This document shows positions 31,700-44,100 of a stretch of DNA of 64,000 bases, one piece after another (position 1 is the stretch's first letter; every line of letters starts with the position of its first letter). Position numbers and translations under genes: made by a program. Origin of the DNA: Rebecca billardiae RCC1528 (lineage: Eukaryota > Protista > Haptophyta); assembly GCA_965240325.2 (NCBI GenBank), contig OZ251224.1, positions 3,906,001 to 3,970,000 on the forward strand, in the 5' to 3' direction. The notes under the pieces were generated by a model. The model had not been told where the DNA came from. It ran no database searches and saw only the letters and a list, made by a program, of their open reading frames with translations.

Positions 31700-32599
31700 T
31701 CACGCTGACTTAATTGCGCGAGCCTCGACGACAAACATCGGGTCCATGGATCCCATAGTCGCTCCGACGCCGGCCATGAAACTGGCAAAAGGGTTGGAGT
31801 TGGCATTTGCCGAAGATGCAACGGTGCGCGCACGCTGCTCCAGGCCTTCTTTCTTGAGGGGATTGAGGTCAAGCGCGCGCAGCTCGCTCCAAGGCTGGCC
31901 GCAAAAGTGAAAGTAGTTCGCGACGATGGCAAGCCGGCCCGTCTCGTCCGCCTCCAGCCAGGCCTTCACGGCTTTCGACGGGAAGCAACGATTGGAGAAG
32001 GACATGACTGCAATGCCGCCAGGCCGCAGGACGCGGTGCATCTCGGAGAAGAGCTGGCGGGGCTGTGTCATGTAGTCGACGGAAACGACGTTGAGTACTG
32101 CATCGAACTCGTTATTACCGTACGGCAGCTTGGGGTCCGCATTCAAGTCTTGCGCCGCGAACTCGGTGAGACGCTTGTTCATTTCCAGCTCGCGATAGTT
32201 CATGCCCACGCCAGCCACACGTGAGTAGGCGATTTCAGGTGGCAGATGCGAGATCCAGCTCGAGCAGAGATCCAGGAGGGCGCCGCCTTCTGGAAGGGCG
32301 CGCCTGTAGTACTCCGTCAGTGCTGCGATGGCACCATCGTCAATGTGCGTCACGAAACGTGGTTCCATGTAGAAGTTGAAATCGGCAGATTCATCGATGC
32401 GCTTGAAATCGTAGTCGTCTTCGTACGGCCACGCGGGCTCAAAGTCTTCGGCGTCGAACTCCGCAATGGTGCGCGGGTCGGCTAGGCGCACATCAGCGCG
32501 GCGAGTGCTGACAGTGCCCATTCGGCCCAGGTGGAGAGAGTTCGACGCAGTGAACGCCAGCGGCCAGATCGCCGACGAGATTACGGCGAACGCCGCCAT
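31700..32599 (-). CDS. Class I SAM-dependent methyltransferase (type 11), probably plastid-targeted
   Basis: DESADFNFYMEPRFVTHIDDGAI, LDLCSSWISHLP, VVSVDYMTQP and SFSNRCFPSKAV match the cyanobacterial/plastid family. The leader is a hydrophobic signal ending LAF followed by a Ser/Arg-rich stretch. Confidence 0.9.
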   Translation of the reverse strand: MAAFAVISSAIWPLAFTASNSLHLGRMGTVSTRRADVRLADPRTIAEFDAEDFEPAWPYEDDYDFKRIDESADFNFYMEPRFVTHIDDGAIAALTEYYRRALPEGGALLDLCSSWISHLPPEIAYSRVAGVGMNYRELEMNKRLTEFAAQDLNADPKLPYGNNEFDAVLNVVSVDYMTQPRQLFSEMHRVLRPGGIAVMSFSNRCFPSKAVKAWLEADETGRLAIVANYFHFCGQPWSELRALDLNPLKKEGLEQRARTVASSANANSNPFASFMAGVGATMGSMDPMFVVEARAIKSA

Positions 32600-33120
32600 C
32601 GTGGATTCCTCGGAAATTAATAAAGCGTCATCGTGCGATCGTCATGCGATGATGACATCATCACAGACATCAGGGACTTATCTGTCGTCTTGACAATGTG
32701 ATGACGGAGTAGTGCGCTCGCGAGTCTCAGCGCGAGCACTCGCGATGATCTGCGGATCATGGCTAAACGAGGAGCCGCCTCATGTGCACCAGGCCCCACC
32801 GTATCATAGAACTGTCGGCCGGCGTCGGTTAGCTTCGGCCTAGACCTCACGCGCCCGACGCAGGCCCCAGCCGGGGACGGTTCGGGCAGTTCGGGCTTCG
32901 GCGGGTGGCATTCTGGTTGGCGGCCGTAGCCGCAGCCCCTGCTATGGCACACTCCTCCGCGGGCGCCGCCCGCCTTTCGCGCCTGCGTCCACGAAAACGC
33001 ACGCCAGGTCAAGTCGCGCGACAGACCGCACGCGCCAGAGATGGATGGCCTTACACAAATCGGCTGACGCGTGCGGTGCACGGCTGCACGCGAGTCGACG
33101 TGCTGGCCCGCAGCCGCACC

Positions 33121-34244
33121 TCACAGCATTTCCCGTGCCAGGCGCCGCCTTTGCTCTCTCGCGCGCAGCAGCACCGCCTGGGGTGCGCAGGACGAGGTTG
33201 CGCGTCGGCGTGAGGTCACAGCGGTGGGGTGGGGTAGGAAAGGTGCTGAGCGCGCGCCCAACAGAGTGGCAGGTCGCGGGTGGGGACAGGCGGCGCGCAC
33301 GCGTGCGAGCGCACACCATCCCGAGCATCCCGGCCCCAGCGACGCCCAGAGCGAGCGCGCTGCGCGTAGCATGCGAGTGCGAGTCCGAGTACCGCGCGAG
33401 CGCCGCGTCGGCGTCGGCGACGATATCCACCGCGCACGGGCACTTGTCCGCGTACTTGACCTGGTCGCGCAGGCTCTTGATCTGCGCCTGCAGCTCGGTG
33501 GCCGTCTGGCGCTTCGCCTCGAGCTCCTGCGCGAGCGCGTCGTACGCGGCGTGCGAGGCGTCGAGCTGCTGCTGCACGGCGTCGCGGCTCAACGCAAGGC
33601 CCTTCAGCTTCTCGCCATCGGCCTTCGCGAGGCCCTTCAGCTTCTCCTCGTCCTCCTTGATGTGATGCTGCAGGGCCTCGTTCGCGTGCTTCTCGTGCTC
33701 GAGCTCCGCCTTGAGCTTGTCCTCGGCCGTCTGAGACGGCTTCTTCTCAGGCGGGGGTTTGTCGTCCTTGTGCTGATCCGGCTTGTGCTTGTCCGCGGAG
33801 CAGCCGTTGCAGCCCGAGTCACTGCGGATGCGCAGTGGCGCGCGTGGGGATGCCCGAGCGCGGGCGCACCGTGAGCTCTCGCTTCTGCTGTCCACGCGCG
33901 ACCGCTGCACGCCATGTCCGCACGCTAGCCGGTGCGTGCGAGCACACGCGCGCTTACCACGAGCTGTCGCAACTGCTGCTCGGGTGGCCCTTGGACTTGT
34001 GATCGCAGCTCCCATCGCAGCTGCGCGTGCACCCCTTGTTGCACTGCGTCGAGCTCTTCTCCAGGTGCGCGCCAGCGCTGGCGGACTTCTCGAGGTTCTC
34101 AAGCTGGCTGAGCGCGGCCTCGAGCTTCCCGAGGAGCACGGTCTGCGCCGTGCACACGCACGCGTCACTCGAGCGTCGCGATGCAACGCCGCTCACGCCC
34201 AGTGCGAGTGCCCACACGAGCATGCCCACCCCCCGCGCCGTCAT
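33121..34244 (-). CDS. Hypothetical single-pass membrane protein (signal peptide, CxxxC-rich segment, coiled coil, C-terminal TM); introns 33822-33957 and 33178-33316
   Basis: GTAAGC..CAG and GTGTGC..CAG introns give a continuous frame: ...SSCDSSCDSGCNGC...coiled coil...ALALGVAGAGMLGMAVLLRAREQRRRLAREML*. Confidence 0.65.
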
Positions 34245-34731
34245 CGCCGCCCCGGCTGCAAACAGCGACGCCTCCGCTGGTCCGCGCCGCTGATCCCGCG
34301 TGAGCTGTACGTCAGTAGGAGGGCGTTGACTTGCAGAGCCGGGGCGGGCGGGTGGTCGCGCAGCAACGGGGAACTCGGATTCCTAGGGGAAAATCATCAC
34401 GGCGAGCTCAATTTTTGCGCGTGGGACGGAAAAGGGAGCCAACGAGGGGCCACTCCGACCGGACTGCGCGACCCGGACACCATGGCCTTGAGCGGGTACG
34501 GTTGGGTGCCACGTCAACCCAGGACCAGTAGTAGTCATCAGTCACGCGCCTCCTCTCCGGATTCAAGGTGCCGTTTCGCCTTTCGCCCTAATTGGTATTA
34601 GGACGGCCTAATTGCCTTTTTTTCTCCCTTGGTTTCGTCGGCGTCGATCTTGGACCGAAAGGCGGCCGCCCGTGCCGTCGCGGGACCTTCTCAGACCGCG
34701 TCGCCGGCTCGCCGCGTCGTCCACCAGCACA

Positions 34732-35373
34732 ATGATCACGGCCGTCCTCGTCACGAGCGCGCTCGCGTTCAGCGCGCCGGGGTCGCGGGTCGCGTCCTCT
34801 CGCGTCGGCGGCGTGTGCATGCGTACTGCCAGCGAGATCGCGGCCGATTTCAGCGTGCCACTCGCCGCGGACGACCTCGCGATCATCGGGCTCGCGACCG
34901 CGTACATGACCAGCGAGAAGGGCAAGCCTGTTGAGGTGGCGATCGTCGAGCCTCTGCCGTCCGGGACGGTGGAGACCATTTGCAGTGGGATCGAGACCTC
35001 CTACCGCCGCACGTACGCGCTGCTCTGGGGCGACCTCGTCGAGGGGGACCTGAACGCGCCGAGCGGCGTGAACATGGCCGCGCTTGAGCCGCTCCTCCAG
35101 GGCGAGGAGGTTCAGGCGCTGCCCGAGAACTGGCTCGACCGCGCGGTGGCTGCTTTCCGCACCGTCAAGCGCCGCCGCGAGGAGTGCGAGAAGCTGGTGC
35201 CCCTCGGCACCGTCTGCACCGACTACAACCACGACACCAGCGTGAAGCGCATCCTCGACCAGGAGTACGAGCCCAACGAGAGCGACAATGTCAAGCAGGA
35301 CATGTCGATCGACGTGTACGGCCGGAACGACGACGCGAGCGCTGCCGAGATTGAGCGGCTCGCGAACATGTAA
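34732..35373 (+). CDS. Plastid-targeted conserved hypothetical protein of apparent cyanobacterial type
   Basis: Bipartite leader MITAVLVTSALAF-SAPGSRVASSR. Motifs IIGLATAY, IVEPLPS, GIETSY, KRILD and DNVKQ resemble a conserved cyanobacterial hypothetical family (from recollection). Confidence 0.75.
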   Translation: MITAVLVTSALAFSAPGSRVASSRVGGVCMRTASEIAADFSVPLAADDLAIIGLATAYMTSEKGKPVEVAIVEPLPSGTVETICSGIETSYRRTYALLWGDLVEGDLNAPSGVNMAALEPLLQGEEVQALPENWLDRAVAAFRTVKRRREECEKLVPLGTVCTDYNHDTSVKRILDQEYEPNESDNVKQDMSIDVYGRNDDASAAEIERLANM

Positions 35374-35911
35374 GCGTCGCGGTCCTCCAGCGGGAGTCGG
35401 CGCAGTCTCGCACCGCGCCACTCCGGCCCATCACCGAGTGCCACTGCCCGCATATTGGCGGCGTAATTTCCCGCAGCCGTGGCCAATCATCGGAATGAAC
35501 ACAACTATGCATGACGCGCAGGGCCATGCATGTGGTCTGCGGACCGCGACGACATCATCGGGCTCTCTGCATCATCGGCAATGCTGGTGACACGGCCTGC
35601 ATAGCCGTGCGCCAGGCTTTCATAATATATAATATACCATTATACGGAATAATATATATATCCAAAATTTTGTTTTAAATGTTTATTATTTTGAAATTTA
35701 TGCCAATGGCCGAATGGGACTAATGGCGGGAGTTTAAAGGCAACCTGCCTCCTCGCGGGTCGTGCGTCCTGGATCTCACAGTCTCAGGACCTGATCATGC
35801 CGTCATGCGTGCCGCAGCGTCACCGCCGTCACTCGTCGACTCGTCAGCCTCAGCGGCACCGGCCACCGCGGGGCAGCGGCGGAGCCTCGGTCGATCATGT
35901 CAGCCTAGCCG

Positions 35912-37506
35912 CTAGCGCTGGTCCCGGTGCTTGAGCTCTTCGAGCCGGACTGTGCGGTGCAGCACGAGCGTCCCGTGCGAGTCCAGCACGTCCAGGTCGA
36001 CCGAGCCGGACGCCCAGTCCACGGTGACACGGCCCCAGTTGTTGCGTGTAATAGGGCCGGCCAACCGGTGTGCGTTGGCCGGCGTGAGCGGCCACGTCTG
36101 TGTGAGGCCGGACGAGGTGAGGTCATACAGGGGGTACGCGGGAGAGCCGGCTCGGTCCGCGCCCTTGGCGCGCGTCGCGCCCAGCGCCGAGAGCTCGGCG
36201 TAGTGCACGTCGCCCGAGATGACGAGCACGCCTTCCGCGCGCGTGCGCTTGACGAGCTCGACAAATCGAGCGCGCTCGGCCGGGAAGAGAGACTGCAGTG
36301 CAGACGCGCGCGCGGCGCCCAGGGCAAGGTGGGCGGGCGTGAGCTAGGGGCGCAGTCGGGTGCGCGGCGCGCGGGGGAGATGACGCGGCGTGCTGCCCTT
36401 GGCATGGCCCACCCTCGCCCGCCTCGCGCATCCCTCCACCGCCGCCCCGCTCGCTCGCGCGGGGAGGGGCGCGTGTGCCAGCGTGTGCGCTGCGCGTGTG
36501 CCCGCACCCAAGCCTCCATGCCGTGGAACTGCGAGCCAAACGCCATCGACGAGGCGACGATGCGCACGGCTGCGGGGTCGGCGAGCTGCCGCTCGAGCCA
36601 TGCCCACTGCGCCTCGCCGAGCAGCGTCGCGTCCGAGTCCGGCGCGTGCGCGCAGTACTCGAGGAAGCCGCCCTCGTCGTCCGGCAGCGCGCACGCCGGG
36701 TCGGAGCCGTTGCGGTCTGCAGCGTGCACGAGGTCCGCTCGGAACGAGCGCAAGTCGAGCAGCAGCAGCTGCACGCGGGAGGCGCCGCTGCCGAAGGTGC
36801 GCGCCTCGTACACGCCGGGCTCGCCCGCGCGGGCGTCGACCGCGCCCTCGCCGCCGCGCCAGAACGAGAGGAACAGCTCGCGCGCCTCGTCCTTGTACGC
36901 GTACGACGCGCCGTTGTCGTTGCGCCCGTAGTCGTGGTCGTCCCAGGTGGCGGCCACCTCCGGCACGGCCTCGCGCACGCGCCGCACCTCGGGCTTGATG
37001 CCGAGGAGGCGGTAGTTGGCGCGCAGCGCGACCATGTCCGCGGCCGACGCGTGGGCGTTGTGCGCGCGCGCCACGCCCGTGGCCAACCGCATCTTCAGCG
37101 CGTTGGGCATCAGGTAGAAGGCGCGCCACATCACCCAAATCATCGCGCCGCGCAGCGGTGCGCGGCAGCTGCCGGGGGTGCAGAGCATGTCCCACCGGTC
37201 GACGTCATTGTACAGGTTGTCACCGAGGAAGACGAACACGTCGGGCGCGGACGCGACCGCCGCGTCCAGCGCCGGCGCCGGCTTGCTCTGGTGGAGGCAC
37301 GAGCCGAACGCGAGCACAAACTGGCGGCGCGAGGGCACGTCCCCGTTAGCGCACTCGCCAGCTGACTGCGCTTCGCACTCGGGCGGGTCGACGTCCTCCA
37401 CGACCCACTCATCGTCGCTCGCGCCGCCCGGTCCCGACCCGCCCGGAGCCTCCCCCACCGCGCATGCCACGGCGACGAGCAGCAGCAGCACGTCGGCGAG
37501 CCGCAT
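35912..37506 (-). CDS. phoD: PhoD-family alkaline phosphatase; intron 36293-36507
   Basis: Signal peptide; AFGSC, FLGDNLYND, TWDDHDYG, LLDLRSFR and LLGEAQWAWLE; after splicing, EAWSLFPAER and ISGDVHYAELS. Confidence 0.92.
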
Positions 37507-37651
37507 GAAGCATGCAGGACCCGCCGCGCGCCGACAAACAATGGCGGCCGCGCACAAATCGGAAGCAGAGCTTTTCTCATATCGGCTTCGTCGTCGCCCC
37601 CGATCGCCGGAGTGGCTGCTCCCTGGGCTGCCCGTGTATCGTGTCGTCGCC

Positions 37652-38089
37652 ATGCTTGCGAGGCTCATCGCCATGCAGCGCCTGCGGTTGGGCTCGTCTC
37701 GGTCGTCCAGCCTGCTGCCCGTGGTGTCTGCGCGCACACTCTCATCAGCGCCGCCGTCAGAGCCGCCGTCGCAGCTCACGATGGAGGACGTGGCCGCGCA
37801 CGAGCAGCGCGTGCGCAAGCGCATCGAGCAGCGTGATGAGTTCTTGCACGGACGGCACAGGCGGCGGCCGTTTGTGGCGGTCGAGAATCCGGAGCAGCTG
37901 CGTCGCTCCATCGGACAGTTCGAGCGCACGTGCCAGAAGAACGGCCTGTACAAGTACAAGTTCAAGTCAGATACGCGACACACCAACCGCCACATGCGGC
38001 GGCTGGAGGAGGAGGGTGCAAAGAAGTGGCGCGCGTTCAAGCGACGCCTGAATGAGTCCTTGGCGGTGCTGCTGGAACATGGCCGCTGA
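37652..38089 (+). CDS. Small basic mitochondrial-targeted protein, possibly ribosomal bS21m
   Basis: Arg/Ser-rich presequence. VAVENPEQLRRSIGQFERTCQKNGL...RRLEEEGAKKWRAFKRRL is weakly S21-like. Confidence 0.5.
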   Translation: MLARLIAMQRLRLGSSRSSSLLPVVSARTLSSAPPSEPPSQLTMEDVAAHEQRVRKRIEQRDEFLHGRHRRRPFVAVENPEQLRRSIGQFERTCQKNGLYKYKFKSDTRHTNRHMRRLEEEGAKKWRAFKRRLNESLAVLLEHGR

Positions 38090-38545
38090 TGAGTGGTGAG
38101 CGCGCTCAGTCGTGCCGCTCGTCGGCGTTCGATTCCCGGTAAGCTCCGAGAGTTCGATTCCCGGTGAGCTCCGAGAAGCCAGCACTCCAACCGATCAGCG
38201 CCGTCCGGATGGCGCCGATGGCCTCAGCGATTTCGGTCCGAGCCAGACCGAGCCCGCTACTCAGTGCCGTGAGTTCATCGCGGATTGGGGACCATTGTTC
38301 GACTGGTGACTGTTCGACGGTGGCCGACACCTGGCATTAATGACCCAAGTGCTGACCAGCGTACGGCGAATCGGCTGCCTGCCAGCCGCTGAAGCGGCGA
38401 CTAGCGCGGGCTACTCGCTAGTCGCTGCCCGAGACCGAGACCGAGAATCGGCCCGCTGAATCGGGGATTCGGGCTCAGACCGCTCAGAACTGAGTGACAC
38501 AGTGTAGTTACTGACAGCATTGACTAACCGCGGTAAACTAGACTC

Positions 38546-39019
38546 GGGGGAGTCAGCCACTGCCCTGACTACTCCGGGCCCCACTGTGACTGGGGGGTGC
38601 GTGGCCCGACAAAATCCAACTTCCTGTCGTCTTGAGATGAGGCTCTCAACGACTTCGGAGTTCGGGATGTCAATATTCGCCTGAAATGAGCTGGGGTCAC
38701 GCTGAAAAGTTTTATTGCGAAAAAATGTCACATACTGGAGATATACGACCTCAACCTCGACGCGATCTCGGCAACATTAGTAGGGGAGATACACGATCTC
38801 CAAGGTGATCTCGCTATTACGTATTTGCACCAGAATCGCACCGTCGTCTAGATCACATTTTGGCAGTCTGAAATGGGCACAGGCGGATTCTACACCCTGG
38901 AATTAAGCCAAAACGAACTTAAACGGACTCAAACAGTTACAAACCGAGGAGATATTTCATATTTCGAGATTTCGGGAGATTGTGTCACTCGGGAGTGTAA
39001 CGGTCGGGGCTCTGACCCC
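38546..39019 (+). mobile_element. MITE-like element (family M1); left end degenerate
   Basis: AT-rich interior. The right end ggggctctgacccc (39006-39019) is the reverse complement of ggggtcagagcccc at 63968, and actggggggtgcgtggccc is shared between ~38589 and 63982. Confidence 0.65.
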
Positions 39020-39215
39020 AAGTACCGCCGCGGTAACGGGCCGCACTTCACGGGCCGCATCACGGATGGCACCGTCGTCATCACGACATGGCACGACCGG
39101 CTCGCCGTGCACGGCAGCACGCTGGTGATGGTCGGTAGCTACTCTATACTACTAACTGGTCGGCCTCACTCGGCCCGCATGGCGCATCGGAGTCATCGAG
39201 TCAAGAGTCCGCGCG

Positions 39216-39217
<2 letters not shown>

Positions 39218-39289
<72 letters not shown>

Positions 39290-39294
39290 CGATG

Positions 39295-39337
<43 letters not shown>

Positions 39338-39360
39338 ATATACATATATACTTTATATAT
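39218..39360. repeat. Interrupted (TA)n/(TG)n microsatellite
   Basis: Direct reading. Confidence 0.97.
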
Positions 39361-39517
39361 TAAATAATAATCGAATAGTCGACCCGAACTACTATGTCGG
39401 GCTAGCAGTCTTTGATAGTTTCTCAATGAAGCGCGCTGCCTTGGCCTTGGGCTTCAAGGGCTGCGTGTGCAGGTGTGAGGTGGGACCGGTGACCGTGTCC
39501 GCCGGGCGCCGCGGGGC

Positions 39518-40877
39518 TCATGCCATGCCGGGCAGCGCGTTGCGCGCAGCCGCCTGGAACTCCAGCCCGAGGATGGCGTCCTCCGTGAGCTCGTCCGCGT
39601 CGGCCTCCTGCCCCTCGTCCTCCTCCGCTGCCTTTGCTCTCCGGTCCTGGAAGACCTTCTCCTCCGGGTGCAGCGCAAAGTAGGTCTCGAGCGTGGGCAC
39701 GGTCACCCACGGTGGCCTGAATGTGAAGTAGAGGTAGCCGTCACCCGGTGTCACGTTCCAGTCCTCGACGACGCGCTTGAGCCGGTGCGTGGACACTACC
39801 TCGTGGGTCGACGCGAGCACGTTCATGTATGCGATCAGCCCCGGCTCCTGCTCCAGCGTCGCCATGTCGAAGCGGATGACGATGTGCTCGTCTTCCGTCG
39901 CGCACACGAGCAGCGTGTGCCCCTCCCAGTCCTCCTCGATCGCGCCCTGCAGCGCCGCGACAATCTCTGCGCGCGAGAGCGCGCGCGCGGCCGGCGCGGT
40001 GCGCGCTCAGAAGCCCGGACGTGCGACGCGTGGAGGCGCGCGCGAGCGCCGCTCGGCGAGGGCCGCACGCGCCGCGCGCACCGGGAAGCTGCTGCCGCCC
40101 CGCAAACGTGTTGGTGGCGCCGCTTGGCCCGCGCGAGCGGCCGGCCGGCTTGAACGGCGCGGCGAGCACCTGCGCGTCCATGAGCCACTTCTGCCTGAGC
40201 ACCTGGTCGCCAGCGCACTCGAACGGATCGATGATGTACTCGGTGAACTTGCCCGCCACGTCCTCGTGCGGCAGCCGCTTGCGCGCGTCTGCGGGCACAA
40301 AGTCCTGCTGGTGCCCCGCCTGCGTGATCTTGCGCTTCGACTCGGCGCGCTCCTCCCTGGCGAGCTCCTCGGCGAGGGAGTAGGGCGAGGGCTGGTACTC
40401 GAACTCCATGAAGTACTTGGCCTTATTCGTCTTGTCGGGCAGCCGGCGCATCTGCCCGAACAGCGCGGTCTCGCCCTGCGTGCCCGCGGCGGTGCCGTCG
40501 GCCGCCGGCTGCCGGTTTGACACGATCCGCTCAAAGCGCGACTCGTTGACAGTGCCGTTCTTGATCCCCTCGGGCAGGTTGGAGATCGACGTGTAGTTCG
40601 CTGTGCGGAAGGCATTGCGGATGATGTCCGCCTCCGCGTTCGCATACTCGGGCAGCACGACCGAGAAGTTGGGCAGCGCGTAGTGCGGCAGCGCCGCCTT
40701 GGGCGGCTCGGAGACCTCCGACTCGGGAACGTCGAAGTAGCCTGCCGCGAGGGGCAGGGCGGGGAGGCGCGCATATGAGCGCCGGCATACGCGCCACGAG
40801 CCGGCGCAGCGCGCGGTGATACGCGAGCGCGACGAGCGCCAACGCGCGCACGCGCCGCGCGCACCCTTCTCCGTCAT
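39518..40877 (-). CDS. Hypothetical protein; introns 40742-40864 and 39967-40081
   Basis: Strong GC3 codon bias. Two GTGCGC..CAG introns give a continuous frame MTEKGYFDVP...LPEIVAALQGAIEEDW...TFRPPWV. No family recognised. Confidence 0.7.
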
Positions 40878-41138
40878 GCTGGCTCGGCAGACGATTTTCG
40901 CGGGCGAAACGGACACTTTCTTTTGGGAAGTTGTCTTTTCCTCTCGGGATCAAAATCGGCCGCGATTAGGCACGTGATCAGCACAACTAACAAGGGCGGT
41001 ATTGATGTTTGCTCTTGTAGTATTACGAGCATGGGTAACATACCCGCGATTTACCGCGAATCCACGCCCACTGACTCATCACTGAGCGAGTGTATCTAAA
41101 ACGACCCGCCCCGACGTTACGAAAGTCATACATGCTGA

Positions 41139-44100
41139 ATGACGCCACAAGCGCCTGTTGATGATGACCAGGAGTTGACGCGGCCGAGGCTTGGAGGAGC
41201 CGGGGCCCATCCGGGTGTGCATCGACGCCCCATCGTCACGGACATTGGCGCGGCGAGTGCTGGGAGCCGGCAAGGCTCGGGCGTCATGGCACCGAAGCAG
41301 TCACAGGTGGTACCTGCTATCCAGAGCTCGAGCGCTGAGCAGGGCGCCACGCCACCGCCACCCCGGGGAGATCGCAGTATCAACGCGGGCGGCCGACAAC
41401 TGCAGGTAACCGAGAGCGGTGAGCCGGGCCCCTCCAGGGCGAATGACGCGGGGTCGGACAGGGGATCGCACGCGAGCGGCGGGGCGAAGGATAAGCGCAA
41501 CAAGGGACCCCCGGGAAGGGCGTCCAGGATGTCGGCCCGCATGTCGGCCGCGGGCAACCAGCGCGGATCGCGCATGAGCTCCGGCAGCGCGACGAGCGAG
41601 GTCGCAGTCAACTGGGGCAAGGTGATCGCGCTGATGATCATCGACTCGCCGCCGAGCACATTTGTGATGATGGTGGCCACGTTCTGGACGCTGCTGGCCA
41701 CCGACACCAAGATCGCCATCGGCGTCGACCAGTCGGCCGACGAGGCGTTTCAGATCGTCACGTCTGTCTGCTTCTTCCTGTTTGCGACCGAGGTGGCGCT
41801 CTCGCTGTACGCGAAGGAGCGGTACTTCCGCAGCCTGTACTTCGCGTTCGACCTGTGCGCGACGGCCACCCTCATCACCGAGATGACGTGGTTGATGACC
41901 GCGTTCGAGGGCGGCGACGACACCGAGGACGTGAGCGGCAACAACGCGGTCGACGCGGCGCGCACGGCGCGCACCGTGCGGCTGCTCCGCGTCGTGCGAC
42001 TTGTGCGCCTCGTGCGTCTGGTGAAGATCTACCGATACGTGATGGACCACCTGCACCGCGACGTCGACAAGGCGGAGAAGCAGATCCAGTCCTCCTCCGC
42101 CTCGTGGGAGGACAACCCGTCCGCGGTCGGGCGCGCGCTGCAGGAGTCGATCACGCTGCAGGTGATCATGGGCGTGCTCATCATGCTCGTCGTCTTCCCG
42201 TACCTCTCGGTGTCGGAGGTGCGGATCCGGCTGGACTACGAGCACGAGAAGGTGCGCCAGCTCGACCAGCTCTTCCGACGATCCGACGGCGCCATCGCCG
42301 CCAACGTGCTGCTCCAGAACACGCGCTCGTTCATGGGGCTCGTCTATTTTGAGACGTTTGACGGGCAGCTGATCCTGAGCGAGGCGGCGCGCATCCCGCC
42401 GTCCATCCGCTCGGCGGACTACCGGCTGATCTTCGACGGCGTGGCGTGCGCGTCGTCGAACGAGTGCGCGGTTGCCGGCTTTGACATCACCTCGGACAAC
42501 CAGATCCAGGCAGAGTACTCGCTCTACCTCATCCTCTTCGTGATGGTGCTGCTGGTCGCAGGCGTGATGATGTTCAACAAGATCTCGATGACGTACTGCA
42601 TCGCGCCCATCGACAAGCTCTTCAACATCGTCAACCACTTCGCGAACGACCCGATGCAGAAGCTGGAGTCGTTCGAGGACGACACGCTCGACGAGCTCAA
42701 TGAGCTCGAGCGCTCCATCCGCAAGGTCGCCTCGCTCCTGCAGGTCGGCATCGGCCTCGCCGGCCGCGACACGATTGCGCGCGTGATGCGCACGACGGGC
42801 GACATCAACCCGATCGCAGTCGGGCACAAGGTGAACTGCCTCTTCGGCTTCGCCGACATCCGACAATTCACCGACGCGACGGAGTGCCTGCAGGTGCGCG
42901 CGCGCGTGCGGGCGCGCGCGCCGCGCTCGGGCGCCTCCCCGCCGCGCCGAGGGCGCACGCGCGCGCGAGGGCGCTCGGCTGCTCACGCCGTCCCTCGAGC
43001 CCCGCGCCGCGCGCCACCGCGCGGGCCCGTGGCCGCGACCGGCCGTGGCCCTCGTGCAGGAGCAAGTGATGATGTTCACCAACTCGGTCGGCTACATCGT
43101 GCACCACTCGGTGCACGACTGCGGCGGCTTCGCGAACAAGAACATCGGCGACGCCTTCCTCGTCGCGTGGACGGGCAGCGAGCTCGAGGAGCGCATCAAG
43201 CAGACCAAGATGATCGAGCGCAACCGCGAGCTCGGCGCGCAATTCACGGAGTCGGACCTCGAGATGGCGGCGCGCGACAAGTGGGTGCCGACCGTGGGCG
43301 ACAAGGCGATGGCGTCGCTGATCCGGCTGACGATCACCGTGCGCGGCGCGACGCACATCACCGAGCTCGTGCAGAACGAGGTGCTCCAGCGCCGGCTGCC
43401 CGGGTACACGGTGCGGCTCGGCTGCGGGCTGCACGTCGGCTGGGCGATTGAGGGCGCGCTCGGCTCGCAGAAGAAGATTGACGCCACCTACCTCTCGCCC
43501 GCGACCAACATCGCGATGGGGCTCGAGGGCGCGACGAAGCAGTACGGCAACCTGCTGCTCATCTCGCAGGCGACGTACGAGCTCTTCTCGCCCTTCGTCA
43601 AGGCCAAAGTCCGGAAGGTCGACCGCGTCTTTGCGACGGCCGGCGCCGAGCCGTTCGACCTGTACACGTACGACTGCTCGACCAAGCTGAGCGTGCACCC
43701 GGACGAGGTGCCCACCAAGGCGATGGTCGAGCACGTCTTCGACTACCCGCTCGCGGTGACCGACGAGTTCCGAAAGATCCACGCCAAGGGCGTCGAATCC
43801 TACATCAACGTGCGCGCCAGCCGCAGCGCGCGCGCGCGCGAGTGTCCCGCCCGCCCGCCCTCCGGGCCGGACTGACACGCACGCTGCGCGGTCACACCTC
43901 CGCCCGCGCGCGCACGCGCTCGGCGGCCACAGGGCGCGTGGGCACAGGCCAAGATGTCGCTGGAGGAGGCGCTGGGGGTTCTTGACGAGCAAGCAAAGGT
44001 GCGCGCCGCGCCTCGCACCCGAGCGAGACGTTGCGGCGCGCTCTGCGCGCTCCTTCGCCCTTGCGTTGCCGCTCACCGCGACCTGTGCCGACCGCGCCGC

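Noticed and set aside
38090-38180. tRNA gene
   Set aside because: Only the GTTCGATTCC motif is present, with no acceptor stem, D arm or anticodon arm.
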